The notes below the pieces were generated by a model, which was not told where the DNA came from, did not search any database, and was given only the letters and a program-made list of their open reading frames with translations. This document shows, one piece after another, positions 41,829 through 53,777 of a stretch of DNA of 64,000 bases (positions are counted from its first letter, which is position 1; the number at the start of each line of letters is the position of its first letter). The stretch comes from Thermomicrobiales bacterium. GTDB lineage: Bacteria > Chloroflexota > Chloroflexia > Thermomicrobiales > UBA6265. The stretch spans positions 40,157 to 104,156 of the forward strand of contig JASGJI010000012.1 of NCBI GenBank assembly GCA_049840815.1, in the 5' to 3' direction. The translations under genes and the position numbers were made by a program.

Positions 41829-44159
41829 ATGCCCGACCACGCCTCCCGTCTCCTCGAAGGCCTCAACGCCGACCAGCAGCGCGCCGTCACCACGACCGAA
41901 GGACCCGTCCTCGTCGTCGCGGGACCGGGCTCGGGGAAGACTCGCGTCCTCACCCACCGCATCGCCTGGCTGATCGAGGAGATGGGCGTCCACCCCGGCA
42001 GCATCCTCGCCGTCACCTTCACCAACAAGGCCGCCCGCGAGATGCGCGACCGCATCGATCGCCTCATTGGCGAGAACAGCACCAACAGCCTTGTCATGGG
42101 CACGTTCCACTCGCTCGGCGTCCGCATCCTGCGCCAGAATCCTGGCCTCGTCGCTGACCGGCTGAACCTGCTTCCGAACTTCCTGATCTACGATGACGGC
42201 GACCAGAACGAAACCGTCCGCCGCGCCATCGTCGCCATCGGGCAGGACCCGAAACAGATCACCCCGCGTCGCGTCCTCTCCCGCATCTCCGCCGCCAAGA
42301 GCCAGCTGATGACGCCGGAGGAGTTCGCCAACGAGGTCGCGTCCTACGATGACGAGGTCGCTGCCCGCGCCTACAAGGAGTACGAACGGCTCCTGCGTGC
42401 CAACAACGCCGTCGACTTCGACGATCTGCTCGGTCTCCCGATCCGCCTCTTCGACCACGCGCCGGGCCTCCTGGAGCGCTACCAGCAGCAATACCGCTAC
42501 ATCATGGTCGACGAGTATCAGGACACCAACCGCGTCCAGTACGTAATGGTCTCCGCCCTCTCCGAGTACTATCGCAACCTCTTCGTTGTCGGCGATCCGG
42601 ACCAGTCGATCTACGCCTGGCGACAGGCCGACATCCGGAACATCCTCGATTTCGAGAAGGACTATCCGGACCTTACCCAGATCAACCTCGAGATCAACTA
42701 CCGCTCTACCAAGCGCATCGTGCAGGCGGCAGATCGCCTGATCCGCGACAACGAACAGCGCATCGAGCGGAGGATCCGGACCGAGAATCCGGACGGCGAA
42801 CCGATCGCCCTGCGGGAACTGGCAGACCAGAATCACGAAGCGCAGTTCATCGTCTCCGAGATCCGGCGCATCCTCTCCAGCGGACGATTCCGCTCCGAGG
42901 ATATCGCCGTGATGTACCGCACCACTGCCCAGTCCCGCGTGATCGAGGAAGCGTTCCGCGTCACCGACATCCCCTACCGGATTGTCGGCGGCCTCCGCTT
43001 CTACGAGCGCAAGGAAGTGAAGGACATGCTGGCGGTCCTCCGCCTCCTCCACAACCCGGCGGACCGCCTCTCGCTGGAGCGGATGATCGACAACATGCCG
43101 ATCGGACGTGGCTTCGGTCCGAAGGCGCTGGAAGCCGCCGTGACCTGGGCGGCAGCGAACAACCGGCCCGTCATCGATGCCTTCCTGGCCGTCGGCCCCC
43201 GCGCGACACTCGATGCTGCCGAAAGCGGGCATCCCATCGAGCCGCCGGCCTTCTCCGGACCGGGTCGCACCGGAGCCGAGCGGATCGGCAAGGCGCTCGC
43301 GACCATGCGGGAGAAGGTCGGCACCGTCACCCTGGCCGAGCTCTTCGATGCCATCGTGGAGCAGACCGGCTACCGCAGCAGCTTCAACGAATCGAACGAC
43401 GAGGAACTCCAGCGCTGGGCGAACGTCCTCGAACTCCGCGCCGACCTCGAACACTACGATGATGTGGTGCCGGAGGAAGCCCTCGCCGCTTACCTGGAGC
43501 AGGTCTCGCTGGTTGCCGATGTCGACTCCATGAACGATGACGAACGCGGCCAGGTCACCCTCATCACGCTCCACTCGGCGAAGGGACTGGAGTTCCCCAT
43601 CGTCTTCATCGCGGGCGTCGAGGAGGGCTTGCTGCCGATCAGCCGCGCGGTCGAAGCCGAGGCCTTCGACAAGACCCCGATGGAAGAGGAGCGACGTCTC
43701 TTCTACGTTGGCGTCACACGCGCCGAGAAGCTGCTCTTCCTGACCTACGTCGCCAGCCGCCTCACCTATGGGCGCTTCCAGCAGGGCGTGCCGTCGCGCT
43801 TCCTCCAGAGCATTCCGGCGGAAGCGATCCGCGCGACCACCCGCATGAACCGGCGTCCCGGAAGCGGCAATGGACGCCAATCGTCCTTCGAGCCGGGCAA
43901 GTACTCCCGGCAGGTCGCGACACCCTTCACGTCGTCATCGTCGTCAGCATCATCCCCCGTGATGGCTGCCGCGACACCGAAGGTGGAGCTCCCTGAGTAC
44001 AAGGCGGGTCAGCGCGTCTTCCACCCGAAGTTCGGCGAAGGCACCATCATGGAGGCGCTTCCCCGCCGCGACGACATCGAGCTGGCCGTCCGCTTCCAGC
44101 GTCACGGCGACAAGCGCCTGATGGGCAGTCTCGCCCGCCTGGAAATCGTCAACGAGTAG
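41829..44159 (+). CDS. pcrA: ATP-dependent DNA helicase PcrA/UvrD
   Basis: VVAGPGSGKTRVLTHR, VDEYQDTN and TLHSAKGLEFPIVF. The ATG at 41829 is preferred. Confidence 0.93.
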   Translation: MPDHASRLLEGLNADQQRAVTTTEGPVLVVAGPGSGKTRVLTHRIAWLIEEMGVHPGSILAVTFTNKAAREMRDRIDRLIGENSTNSLVMGTFHSLGVRILRQNPGLVADRLNLLPNFLIYDDGDQNETVRRAIVAIGQDPKQITPRRVLSRISAAKSQLMTPEEFANEVASYDDEVAARAYKEYERLLRANNAVDFDDLLGLPIRLFDHAPGLLERYQQQYRYIMVDEYQDTNRVQYVMVSALSEYYRNLFVVGDPDQSIYAWRQADIRNILDFEKDYPDLTQINLEINYRSTKRIVQAADRLIRDNEQRIERRIRTENPDGEPIALRELADQNHEAQFIVSEIRRILSSGRFRSEDIAVMYRTTAQSRVIEEAFRVTDIPYRIVGGLRFYERKEVKDMLAVLRLLHNPADRLSLERMIDNMPIGRGFGPKALEAAVTWAAANNRPVIDAFLAVGPRATLDAAESGHPIEPPAFSGPGRTGAERIGKALATMREKVGTVTLAELFDAIVEQTGYRSSFNESNDEELQRWANVLELRADLEHYDDVVPEEALAAYLEQVSLVADVDSMNDDERGQVTLITLHSAKGLEFPIVFIAGVEEGLLPISRAVEAEAFDKTPMEEERRLFYVGVTRAEKLLFLTYVASRLTYGRFQQGVPSRFLQSIPAEAIRATTRMNRRPGSGNGRQSSFEPGKYSRQVATPFTSSSSSASSPVMAAATPKVELPEYKAGQRVFHPKFGEGTIMEALPRRDDIELAVRFQRHGDKRLMGSLARLEIVNE

Positions 44160-44235
44160 CGGTGAGAAGTGAGGACCGAGAAATGAGGAGCGAGGGCGGA
44201 ATGCATGGGGAGCGATCCCGAAGGATGGTGGCATC

Positions 44236-44256
44236 GGACCGACCCCGTGTCGGTCC
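44236..44256. repeat. REP-like palindrome GGACCGACCCCGTGTCGGTCC
   Basis: Identical 21-mer at 53597-53617, with a related copy at 46538-46559. A CCTAC...GTAGG hairpin (44256-44283) lies adjacent, and a partial copy sits at 44303-44319. Confidence 0.85.
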
Positions 44257-44474
44257 CTACAGACAGGATGTCCGTCCGTAGGAAGTCCTGAGCGACGCCG
44301 AAGGACTGCGTGTCGGTCCTGCCTCCCACCCGTCAAGCCAGGCATCCAAACACCCACCCTTCGCCCGGATTCGGCATAAACCCACAGAGAGACCCCGGGC
44401 AGCAACTTTTCTGGCATTGGCGCTCCCTCACTGCTCACTCCTGAGTCCTCACTCCTCGTCTGGAGGCACCCCGA

Positions 44475-46355
44475 ATGGCCCGTGACGCCGTCGCCGAAAT
44501 CCGGGACCGCATCGACATCGTCGATCTGGTGACTGGCTACGTCCCTTCGCTCAAGCGGACGGGACGCAGCTTCAAGGGGCTCTGCCCGTTCCATCAGGAG
44601 AAGACACCGTCGTTCATCGTCTTCCCCGATTCCCAGAACTTCCACTGCTTTGGCTGCGGCAAGGGCGGCGACATCTTCACGTTCTACATGGGTGTGGAAA
44701 ACGTCGAGTTCCGTGAGGCATTGCAGGAGCTCGCCAAGCGCGCGGGCGTCACCCTCACCGCAGGCCCAGCCCCGGTACCCGAACTCGACGCACACCGCCA
44801 GCGCCTCGTGGAAATCAACGAGCTGGCCGGCACGTTCTATCAGAACGTCCTCCGCAACAGCCGGCAGGGCGAAGCCGGTCGCCAGATGGCCGAGGATCGC
44901 CAGCTCTCGCCGGAGATGATCGAGGCGTTCGGCCTCGGGTTCGCGCCGGATTCCTGGGACGCCCTCCTGAACTTCATGGCCTCCCGTGATATCGCGGCCG
45001 ATCTGGTCGCCGAAGCTGGGCTCGCCTCCGAACGCGACTCCGGTGGCTACTACGACCGCTTCCGGAACCGCTTCATGTTCCCGATCCGCGATCGCGATGG
45101 TCACACTGTCGGCTTCGGCGGCCGCGCAATGGGCGACGCGAAGCCGAAATACCTCAACTCGCCCCAGTCCGCGATCTTCGACAAGAGCTCGCTCGTTTAC
45201 GGCCTCGACCTCGCGAAGGACGCGATCCGCAAGGCCGACGAGGTGGTCATCGTCGAAGGCTACATGGACGTGATCGCCGCCCATCAGTTCGGCTTCGCGA
45301 ACGTCGTCGGCGCCATGGGCACGGCGCTCACGGAATCGCAAGTCGGCCTCATCAAGCGCGGCAGCAAGCGGATCGTCCTCGCCCTCGACGCCGACGCCGC
45401 CGGTCAAATGGCGACGATGCGCGGCCTCGAAACGATGCGCGACTCCCTCGACGGCGAGGATCAGCCTGTCCCCGACGCGATGGGCATCATCCGCTTCGAG
45501 CGCAAGCTGAACACGGAGATCGCCATCGTCCAGCTGCCGGAAGGCAAGGACCCGGACGAACTAATCCGCCGCCGCGCCGAGCAGTGGCCGGAGATCGTGC
45601 GCAACGCCAAGCCGTTCATGGACTTCGCGATCGACACCCTCACACGCGATGTCTCGATGGATGATGCCCGCGCGAAGTCGGAAGCCGTGAAGCGCATCGC
45701 ACCGCTCCTGCATGGCATTCCGGACCGGATCGTGCAGGGCCACTACATCGGCCTGCTCTCCCGGCGACTGATGCTGGACGAACGCCTGGTATTGGCAGAG
45801 GTCCGCCGCAGCACGGTCAGCGGTCGCCAGAGCGCGTCCCGCCGCACCGTCGCGGAGCCAACGCCCGAGAAGCAGCGGCCGCGCTCGAAGGAGGATTTCC
45901 TCGTCGCCCTTCTGCTGAAACACCATCAATTGACCGTCGACATCGCGACCAGGATTCCCCTGGACGACATCAACGACGCGCGCAATCGCGAGCTGATCCG
46001 CCTCCTCGCCGACCCGGAGCTGATCGACCTCACCGCCGAGCAGCTCATCGTCGGACTGGACGACGACCTCGCCGATCACGCCGAGACCCTGCTCGACATG
46101 CTCAAGGGCCGGCCGGAAGCCTTTCCGGGCAACATCCAGACGGAGGCGAGCCAGGTTCTGGAGAACATCGGCAAGGAGCGCTTCACCTTCCTCTTCCGGC
46201 AACTCCAGGCCTCCATGCAGGAGGCAGCCCGCGAGCAGGACCCGGAACAGATCGATCTCGTGAAGCACCAGATCGCGCAGCTCTCCGAGCGTCACCAGCT
46301 CTTCTACCCCGCGCCGAGCCCCTACTTTCAGGATAGTCGCACGCAACGACGCTAG
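44475..46355 (+). CDS. dnaG: DNA primase
   Basis: CPFHQEKTPSFIVFPDSQNFHCFGCGKGGDIFTF (CHC2 finger), Toprim EGYMDVIA, and 626 aa. Confidence 0.95.
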   Translation: MARDAVAEIRDRIDIVDLVTGYVPSLKRTGRSFKGLCPFHQEKTPSFIVFPDSQNFHCFGCGKGGDIFTFYMGVENVEFREALQELAKRAGVTLTAGPAPVPELDAHRQRLVEINELAGTFYQNVLRNSRQGEAGRQMAEDRQLSPEMIEAFGLGFAPDSWDALLNFMASRDIAADLVAEAGLASERDSGGYYDRFRNRFMFPIRDRDGHTVGFGGRAMGDAKPKYLNSPQSAIFDKSSLVYGLDLAKDAIRKADEVVIVEGYMDVIAAHQFGFANVVGAMGTALTESQVGLIKRGSKRIVLALDADAAGQMATMRGLETMRDSLDGEDQPVPDAMGIIRFERKLNTEIAIVQLPEGKDPDELIRRRAEQWPEIVRNAKPFMDFAIDTLTRDVSMDDARAKSEAVKRIAPLLHGIPDRIVQGHYIGLLSRRLMLDERLVLAEVRRSTVSGRQSASRRTVAEPTPEKQRPRSKEDFLVALLLKHHQLTVDIATRIPLDDINDARNRELIRLLADPELIDLTAEQLIVGLDDDLADHAETLLDMLKGRPEAFPGNIQTEASQVLENIGKERFTFLFRQLQASMQEAAREQDPEQIDLVKHQIAQLSERHQLFYPAPSPYFQDSRTQRR

Positions 46356-46390
46356 AAAAATCCGCGTACGTACGCACTCGTTCATGGACC

Positions 46391-46443
46391 GAGCATCAGA
46401 AAGCCCTCCGCGCACCCAATGCGCGGAGGGCTTTCTGATGCTC
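46391..46443 (+). terminator. 24-bp perfect stem hairpin after dnaG
   Basis: GAGCATCAGAAAGCCCTCCGCGCA-cccaa-TGCGCGGAGGGCTTTCTGATGCTC. Confidence 0.6.
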
Positions 46444-46537
46444 GAATGGCCGAGGCACACACGCCCGTGGAGGAAGCGGCAGCCCACGTGGGACTGCCCT
46501 CCCTACGACCAGTCATCACGCTGCGTTTCGTTCGTAG

Positions 46538-46559
46538 GGCGGGACCAGCGTGTCCCGCC
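46538..46559. repeat. REP-like palindrome variant GGCGGGACCAGCGTGTCCCGCC
   Basis: The architecture matches 44236 and 53597, with an adjacent CCCTACGA...TCGTAGGG hairpin at 46501-46539. Confidence 0.6.
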
Positions 46560-46796
46560 TCATTGGGACGCAAGAGCCGAGCAACGTGCCGCGTCGCAGT
46601 CAGCCACCACAGCAGGCAGGGGTATCGTTCGAGGTGGCCCACAACCGTGAATCACGCCGATCACCCCTGCATGGCCCAGGACGCCTCACACAGCTTCCTC
46701 CCGGGCGAAGACTTCAGGTGCCAAAACTGCCGCGATGCGGGATCTCTACGGACATCGAATCGCCGATTGGCCAGGACCTCATGACATTTCGGGCAT

Positions 46797-46825
46797 GCAA
46801 AAAGGGAGTGGCTATAGCCACTCCC
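46797..46825 (-). terminator. rho-independent terminator of tRNA-Pro
   Basis: On the minus strand, GGGAGTGGC-tata-GCCACTCCC is followed by TTTTT. Confidence 0.75.
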
Positions 46826-46832
46826 TTCAGGG

Positions 46833-46907
46833 TCGGGGAGAGAGGATTCGAACCTCCGACCTCAGCGTCCCGAACGCTGCGCGCTAACCGGGCTGCGCCA
46901 CTCCCCG
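46833..46907 (-). tRNA. tRNA-Pro (CGG)
   Basis: Acceptor CGGGGAG/CTCCCCG, anticodon loop TTCGGGA, T-loop TTCGAAT. Confidence 0.9.
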
Positions 46908-47225
46908 CGACGGACGAGAGAATAGCATGCCCCCTTCACGCCGTGCAACCTTTCGAGCCACATTCATCCAGATCCGTCGCAGCCTCCCATCCGCACCGCG
47001 ATCCCTGCCCAGTTTGCCCCTCCACGCGTCGCATGGATACGCTCTCGCCGTACATCTCCGACACCTTGTCCACCGCTACGCCAGCCGAACTGTCGTCCGG
47101 AATCGCAATTCTCCACACCGAATGCGGGAAGTGGCGCGCCACAACATGCATTGAAGCACGCAACAACACGTCATCGGTCATGTTTCGCGGGAACGCCTGT
47201 GGTACGATCGATTCGTCGCCGGGAT

Positions 47226-47301
47226 GCTCGCGTAGCTCAGTGGATAGAGCGCCACCGTCCTAAGGTGGGCGTCGGGGGTTCGAGTCCCTCCGCGGGCGCC
47301 A
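47226..47301 (+). tRNA. tRNA-Arg (CCT)
   Basis: Acceptor GCTCGCG/CGCGGGC, anticodon stem CCACC/GGTGG with loop GTCCTAA, and an encoded CCA. Confidence 0.9.
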
Positions 47302-47584
47302 ACCGGCACTTCCCTCCCCCAGTTCCTTCATGCTCCGACCATCCGAACCGGCCTATCGAAGGCGACACCTTGACGTGGTAGCCTTCACAGGAACAAGCGT
47401 GCCCCGATGCATCACCGCCAACGGAAGCCCGATCGGCTTCTGGCGACGCTGCACCCGGTGCGTTTGGAGGCTGACGTCGGAACCGGTCGGGCTCCCCTTG
47501 TTCACGCCCTTCCCCGTCGTCGGCACCTGATTGCCGCCGAATCCGCCCACTCACGGTCGGATTCCCATTGATTCGGGGGAACGT

Positions 47585-48178
47585 ATGGATCTGCAAGTTC
47601 GGACGATCGGCACCACGGTCACGGACGAGTTGCAGGAACTGATCGATCGCAAGGTCTCGCGCCTCGATCGCCTTGCGCACAAGGTCGTGGACGCTCAACT
47701 GGAGCTCCGCACCGTTCCACTCGGCCCCAATTCCGAAAGCACCAAGGCACAGCTCACCCTCCAGACTGGCCGCGATGTCCTCCGCGCCGAAGTCCGCGAT
47801 CCTGAGCCGGGCAAGGCCATCGACGCCGCCTTTGAAAAGCTCATCACCCAGGTCCGCAAGGTCAACGACAAGCGCCAGACCCGACGACGCCAATCCGGTG
47901 TCGAGCTTGGCGAGATCCGCGATCACATCCCTGCGCTCGCCGATGCCGCGGAGGATCTGATCATGGAGCAGGAGGGCGACAACATTGAGGAAGAAGCGGA
48001 GGGACGCGTCGTCCGTCGCAAGCGCTTCCCGATGAAGCCGATGCCGGTCGAGGAAGCCATCGACCAGATGGAACTGATCGGCCATGACTTCTTCCTCTTC
48101 CTCAACATCGAGGGGAACCAGTACAACGTGCTCTACCGCCGCAAGGACGGGGACTACGGTCTGCTGATGACATCCTGA
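47585..48178 (+). CDS. hpf: ribosome hibernation promoting factor (long form)
   Basis: An N-terminal S30AE/YfiA-like domain plus the C-terminal dimerisation motif RFPMKPMPVEEAIDQMELIGHDFFLFLN. Confidence 0.9.
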   Translation: MDLQVRTIGTTVTDELQELIDRKVSRLDRLAHKVVDAQLELRTVPLGPNSESTKAQLTLQTGRDVLRAEVRDPEPGKAIDAAFEKLITQVRKVNDKRQTRRRQSGVELGEIRDHIPALADAAEDLIMEQEGDNIEEEAEGRVVRRKRFPMKPMPVEEAIDQMELIGHDFFLFLNIEGNQYNVLYRRKDGDYGLLMTS

Positions 48179-48262
48179 TTCCCCGACGCTGACCACGAAC
48201 AACGAACACCCTCCCGGCTGCATGAGCCGGGAGGGTGTTTCGCGATGTGCGAGACGCGAAGC

Positions 48263-48598
48263 CTACTTCTTCGCGTCCTTCAGATCCTTGTAGTACTTCT
48301 TGGTCTTCGGAAGTGGCTTCGCATCCTCGGCATCCCGTTGTGCGCGGAACGCCTCGGCCCGCTGCTCCAATCCGGCCTCGACCTGAATCAGGTCGTCGTA
48401 CACGTCCGGATTCGCGTCGGCCACCGGACTCCGCATCAGCATCCGCGTCAACTGCAGCAGCGAGTTCGCGTTCGCCCCGGATGCCGATGGCACCGATGCC
48501 CGCTTGATCACCCCGTCCACCAACGCCAGCGTCTGCGCGCTCGCCCCGTTCTCCACCAGTCGTCCCCGAATCTCGAGGAGTCCATCCTTCACGTTCAT
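48263..48598 (-). CDS. hypothetical protein
   Basis: 111 aa from the ATG at 48598, with a Lys-rich C-terminus. No motif recognised. Confidence 0.5.
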   Translation of the reverse strand: MNVKDGLLEIRGRLVENGASAQTLALVDGVIKRASVPSASGANANSLLQLTRMLMRSPVADANPDVYDDLIQVEAGLEQRAEAFRAQRDAEDAKPLPKTKKYYKDLKDAKK

Positions 48599-48809
48599 TC
48601 GGCGATCCCTCCGCTTCGTCGTGGCCCGCGTCTGCGTCCGAGACCGGCGCAGGGCTTCATGCTTCGCTTCCAGTATAGCGGCGTCCGGTTTCCTTCCCTG
48701 GCCGAATGCGCGGGACGGGCAGGCGGAGGCTGGTATCATCGCGCCATCACGATCCGCCACCGTTCGCCCCGCCATCGTGGCGGGAGACCCCAGCACCGGA
48801 GCATCCTCC

Positions 48810-49658
48810 ATGACCAGCACCACCACAAACACGCCGCTCCCGAAGGCCATGACCATCGCAGGCTCGGATTCGGGGGCCGGCGCCGGCATCCAGGCCGATC
48901 TCAAGACCTTCGCCGCACTCGGTGTCTATGGGACCTCGATCCTCACCGCCGTCACCGCCCAGAACACCGTCGAGGTCGCCGCCATCGCCGAAGTGCCAGA
49001 GGAAGTCGTGATCGCGCAGATCGACGGCGTCTTCGAGGACATCGGCGCCACCGCCGTCAAGACCGGGATGCTCAGCGGCAAGGCGATCATCCAGAATGTT
49101 GCCGACAGGCTGGAAGCCTGGGGGCCGCGCTGGCTCGTCGTCGATCCGGTGATGATGTCGAAGGGCGGGGCTCCCCTCCTCCAACGCGACGCGATGGGCG
49201 CGCTGAAACGTGACCTGCTGCCACTCGCCAGCATCATCACGCCAAATATCCCCGAAGCCGAGATCCTGAGCGGCATCAAGATCGCCACTGGCGACGATGC
49301 ACGCGACGCTGCCCGCAAGATTCACGCGCTCGGGCCACGATGGGTCATCGTGAAGGGCGGGCATCTCGACGGCCCGGCAGTCGATCTCGTGTTCGATGGC
49401 GAGGCGTTCACGCCGGTGGAGGGGGAACGCATCCAGACCACGAACACCCACGGGACGGGCTGCACGTACTCCGCCGCGATGACCGCCTTCCTCGCGCACG
49501 GGCTGGAGCCGATGGATGCCATCCGCCTCGCCAAGCGCTATATCGAGGCTGCCCTCCGCGACTCCTACGCGATCGGAGAAGGGCACTCCCCGGTCAACCA
49601 CTTCACGCCGCAGGCCGCCGCGATCCTCGCCGATGCGCTCGCCACCGTGCAGCGATGA
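48810..49658 (+). CDS. thiD: hydroxymethylpyrimidine/phosphomethylpyrimidine kinase
   Basis: MTIAGSDSGAGAGIQADLKTF and TTNTHGTGCTYSAA. Confidence 0.92.
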   Translation: MTSTTTNTPLPKAMTIAGSDSGAGAGIQADLKTFAALGVYGTSILTAVTAQNTVEVAAIAEVPEEVVIAQIDGVFEDIGATAVKTGMLSGKAIIQNVADRLEAWGPRWLVVDPVMMSKGGAPLLQRDAMGALKRDLLPLASIITPNIPEAEILSGIKIATGDDARDAARKIHALGPRWVIVKGGHLDGPAVDLVFDGEAFTPVEGERIQTTNTHGTGCTYSAAMTAFLAHGLEPMDAIRLAKRYIEAALRDSYAIGEGHSPVNHFTPQAAAILADALATVQR

Positions 49659-50290
49659 GCCCGGACGCCACACGCGACGCCCTGCGTCTCTACCTCGTGC
49701 TCGATCCGGACTTCCTTGTGGGAGAGCCTGGCGAGACCCTACACGCCGCACTTGCGGGCGGCGCGACGATGGTCCAACTGCGCTCGAAAGGGCGTACGGA
49801 TCGCGAGACGCTCGCCATCGGACGACCGCTACGTGCAATCTGCACCGAGGCCGGCGTCCCATTCGTCGTGAACGACCGGCTGGACCTCGCACTTGCCCTT
49901 AACGCCGAGGGCATCCATCTCGGCGTCGATGACCTGCCGATCGAGGATGCTCGCCGTCTCGCCGGCCCGGAATTCCTGATCGGATACTCGCCCGAGACCG
50001 ACGAGCAGGCGCGTTCGGCGAGCGAGCGCGGCGCGGACTACCTCGGGATCGGACCCGTCTTCGATACGGCAACGAAATCTGACGCCGGCGATGCGCTCGG
50101 CGTGACCGAATTCTCCCGCCGCCGCGCACTGACGGACCTGCCGGTGGTTGCCATCGGGGGCATCGGCGTGGCGAATGCGCGTGCAGCGATCGCTGCCGGG
50201 GCGAATGGCGTCTCGGTCGTCTCCGCGATCCTGCGCGCGTCCGATCCGGAAGCTGCCTCGCGATCGCTCGCCGCGGCGGTCAGGGAGTAA
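49655..50290 (+). CDS. thiE: thiamine-phosphate synthase
   Basis: ATGA overlap with thiD. LYLVLDP, FVVNDRLDLALAL, YLGIGPVFDTATK, VVAIGGI. Confidence 0.9.
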   Translation: MSPDATRDALRLYLVLDPDFLVGEPGETLHAALAGGATMVQLRSKGRTDRETLAIGRPLRAICTEAGVPFVVNDRLDLALALNAEGIHLGVDDLPIEDARRLAGPEFLIGYSPETDEQARSASERGADYLGIGPVFDTATKSDAGDALGVTEFSRRRALTDLPVVAIGGIGVANARAAIAAGANGVSVVSAILRASDPEAASRSLAAAVRE

Positions 50291-50741
50291 CGTCCACGAT
50301 CCGGAACGGCGCGTCACCGTCGAGGTCGTCCGCAATGTCCGGAAGCTCGTCGTCCGCCATCGCGGTTCCCGACTTTCGGTAGAGACGGTCAATGGCCGGA
50401 TCGGCGGATGGGTCCCACAGAACCTTCGTTATGTCCACGATGTAGCCGTCAAGATCCTTGAACGGCACACCCTCCGCCAGCAAGCGGTCTCGCATGATGT
50501 CCGGATGACCGAAGTGCCAGCCGCCCGAGAGAAAGCCCTGCCGATTCACGACGCGATGCGCCGGCAACGACCGTCCGTCCGGCGTGCGTAGCAGAGCACC
50601 GCCCACGATCCGCGCTGATCGGGGCGATCCCAACGCCCGCGCGATCAGCCCATACGTCGTCACCCGACCGTAGGGAATCGCGTCCACGACGGCATAGACC
50701 CGCTCCGCGAAGTCCTTCGGGTCGGTCGGATTTTCGGTCAT
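50280..50741 (-). CDS. alkyltransferase-like (ATL) protein of the MGMT/Ogt family lacking the acceptor Cys
   Basis: IPYGRVTTYGLIA...PAHRVVNRQG. The PCHRV active-site Cys is replaced by Ala. Confidence 0.75.
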   Translation of the reverse strand: MTENPTDPKDFAERVYAVVDAIPYGRVTTYGLIARALGSPRSARIVGGALLRTPDGRSLPAHRVVNRQGFLSGGWHFGHPDIMRDRLLAEGVPFKDLDGYIVDITKVLWDPSADPAIDRLYRKSGTAMADDELPDIADDLDGDAPFRIVDVTP

Positions 50742-50870
50742 CGCCCTGCTCGCATGGGGGAAGCTCGGTGGTTCCTGAGTGTGTTGCGCCCGGAAGTATA
50801 CTTGCTCCCGAGTCGATCATCGCTCAGTGTGCCCTGCGTTGCCGGGTACATCCCCTGGAGAAACACAACC

Positions 50871-53465
<2,595 letters not shown>

Positions 53466-53596
53466 GGCGCAAGAGCGTTCCCATCACTACCTCTCGCACG
53501 CGGAAGCGGCGGCATCCGGAATGGATGCCGCCGCTCTTCCGTGCCGATCCGAACGAGGTTCAGTATGGCGTCCTACGTACGAACGCGATTTCGTAG

Positions 53597-53617
53597 GGAC
53601 CGACCCCGTGTCGGTCC
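53597..53617. repeat. REP-like palindrome GGACCGACCCCGTGTCGGTCC
   Basis: Identical to 44236-44256. Preceded by a CCTACG...CGTAGG hairpin (53570-53597). Confidence 0.85.
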
Positions 53618-53777
53618 GAGCTAAGCGATCAAGAATGTTAGGTAAGGCGAGACAAAACACCGAGTGGAGACGTGGCGATGGCCACCATCAGCAGCCCACC
53701 GGCCGCAGCGAAGAATGACATCGGGAGAGAACTCTTCGCATGGCCATCTGCATGCCAAGTAGAGTGGGACACACCAG

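Noticed and set aside
46936-47181. 81-aa minus-strand ORF between tRNA-Pro and tRNA-Arg
   Set aside because: It has no RBS, no recognisable motif and weak coding character. The region more plausibly holds the promoter of tRNA-Arg (TACGAT -10-like hexamer near 47203).
48599-48809. TPP (THI-box) riboswitch upstream of thiD/thiE
   Set aside because: I could not find the conserved CUGAGA and ACCUGAUCUGGAUAAUGCCAGCG-like elements on the plus strand. A covariance-model scan would be the decisive check.
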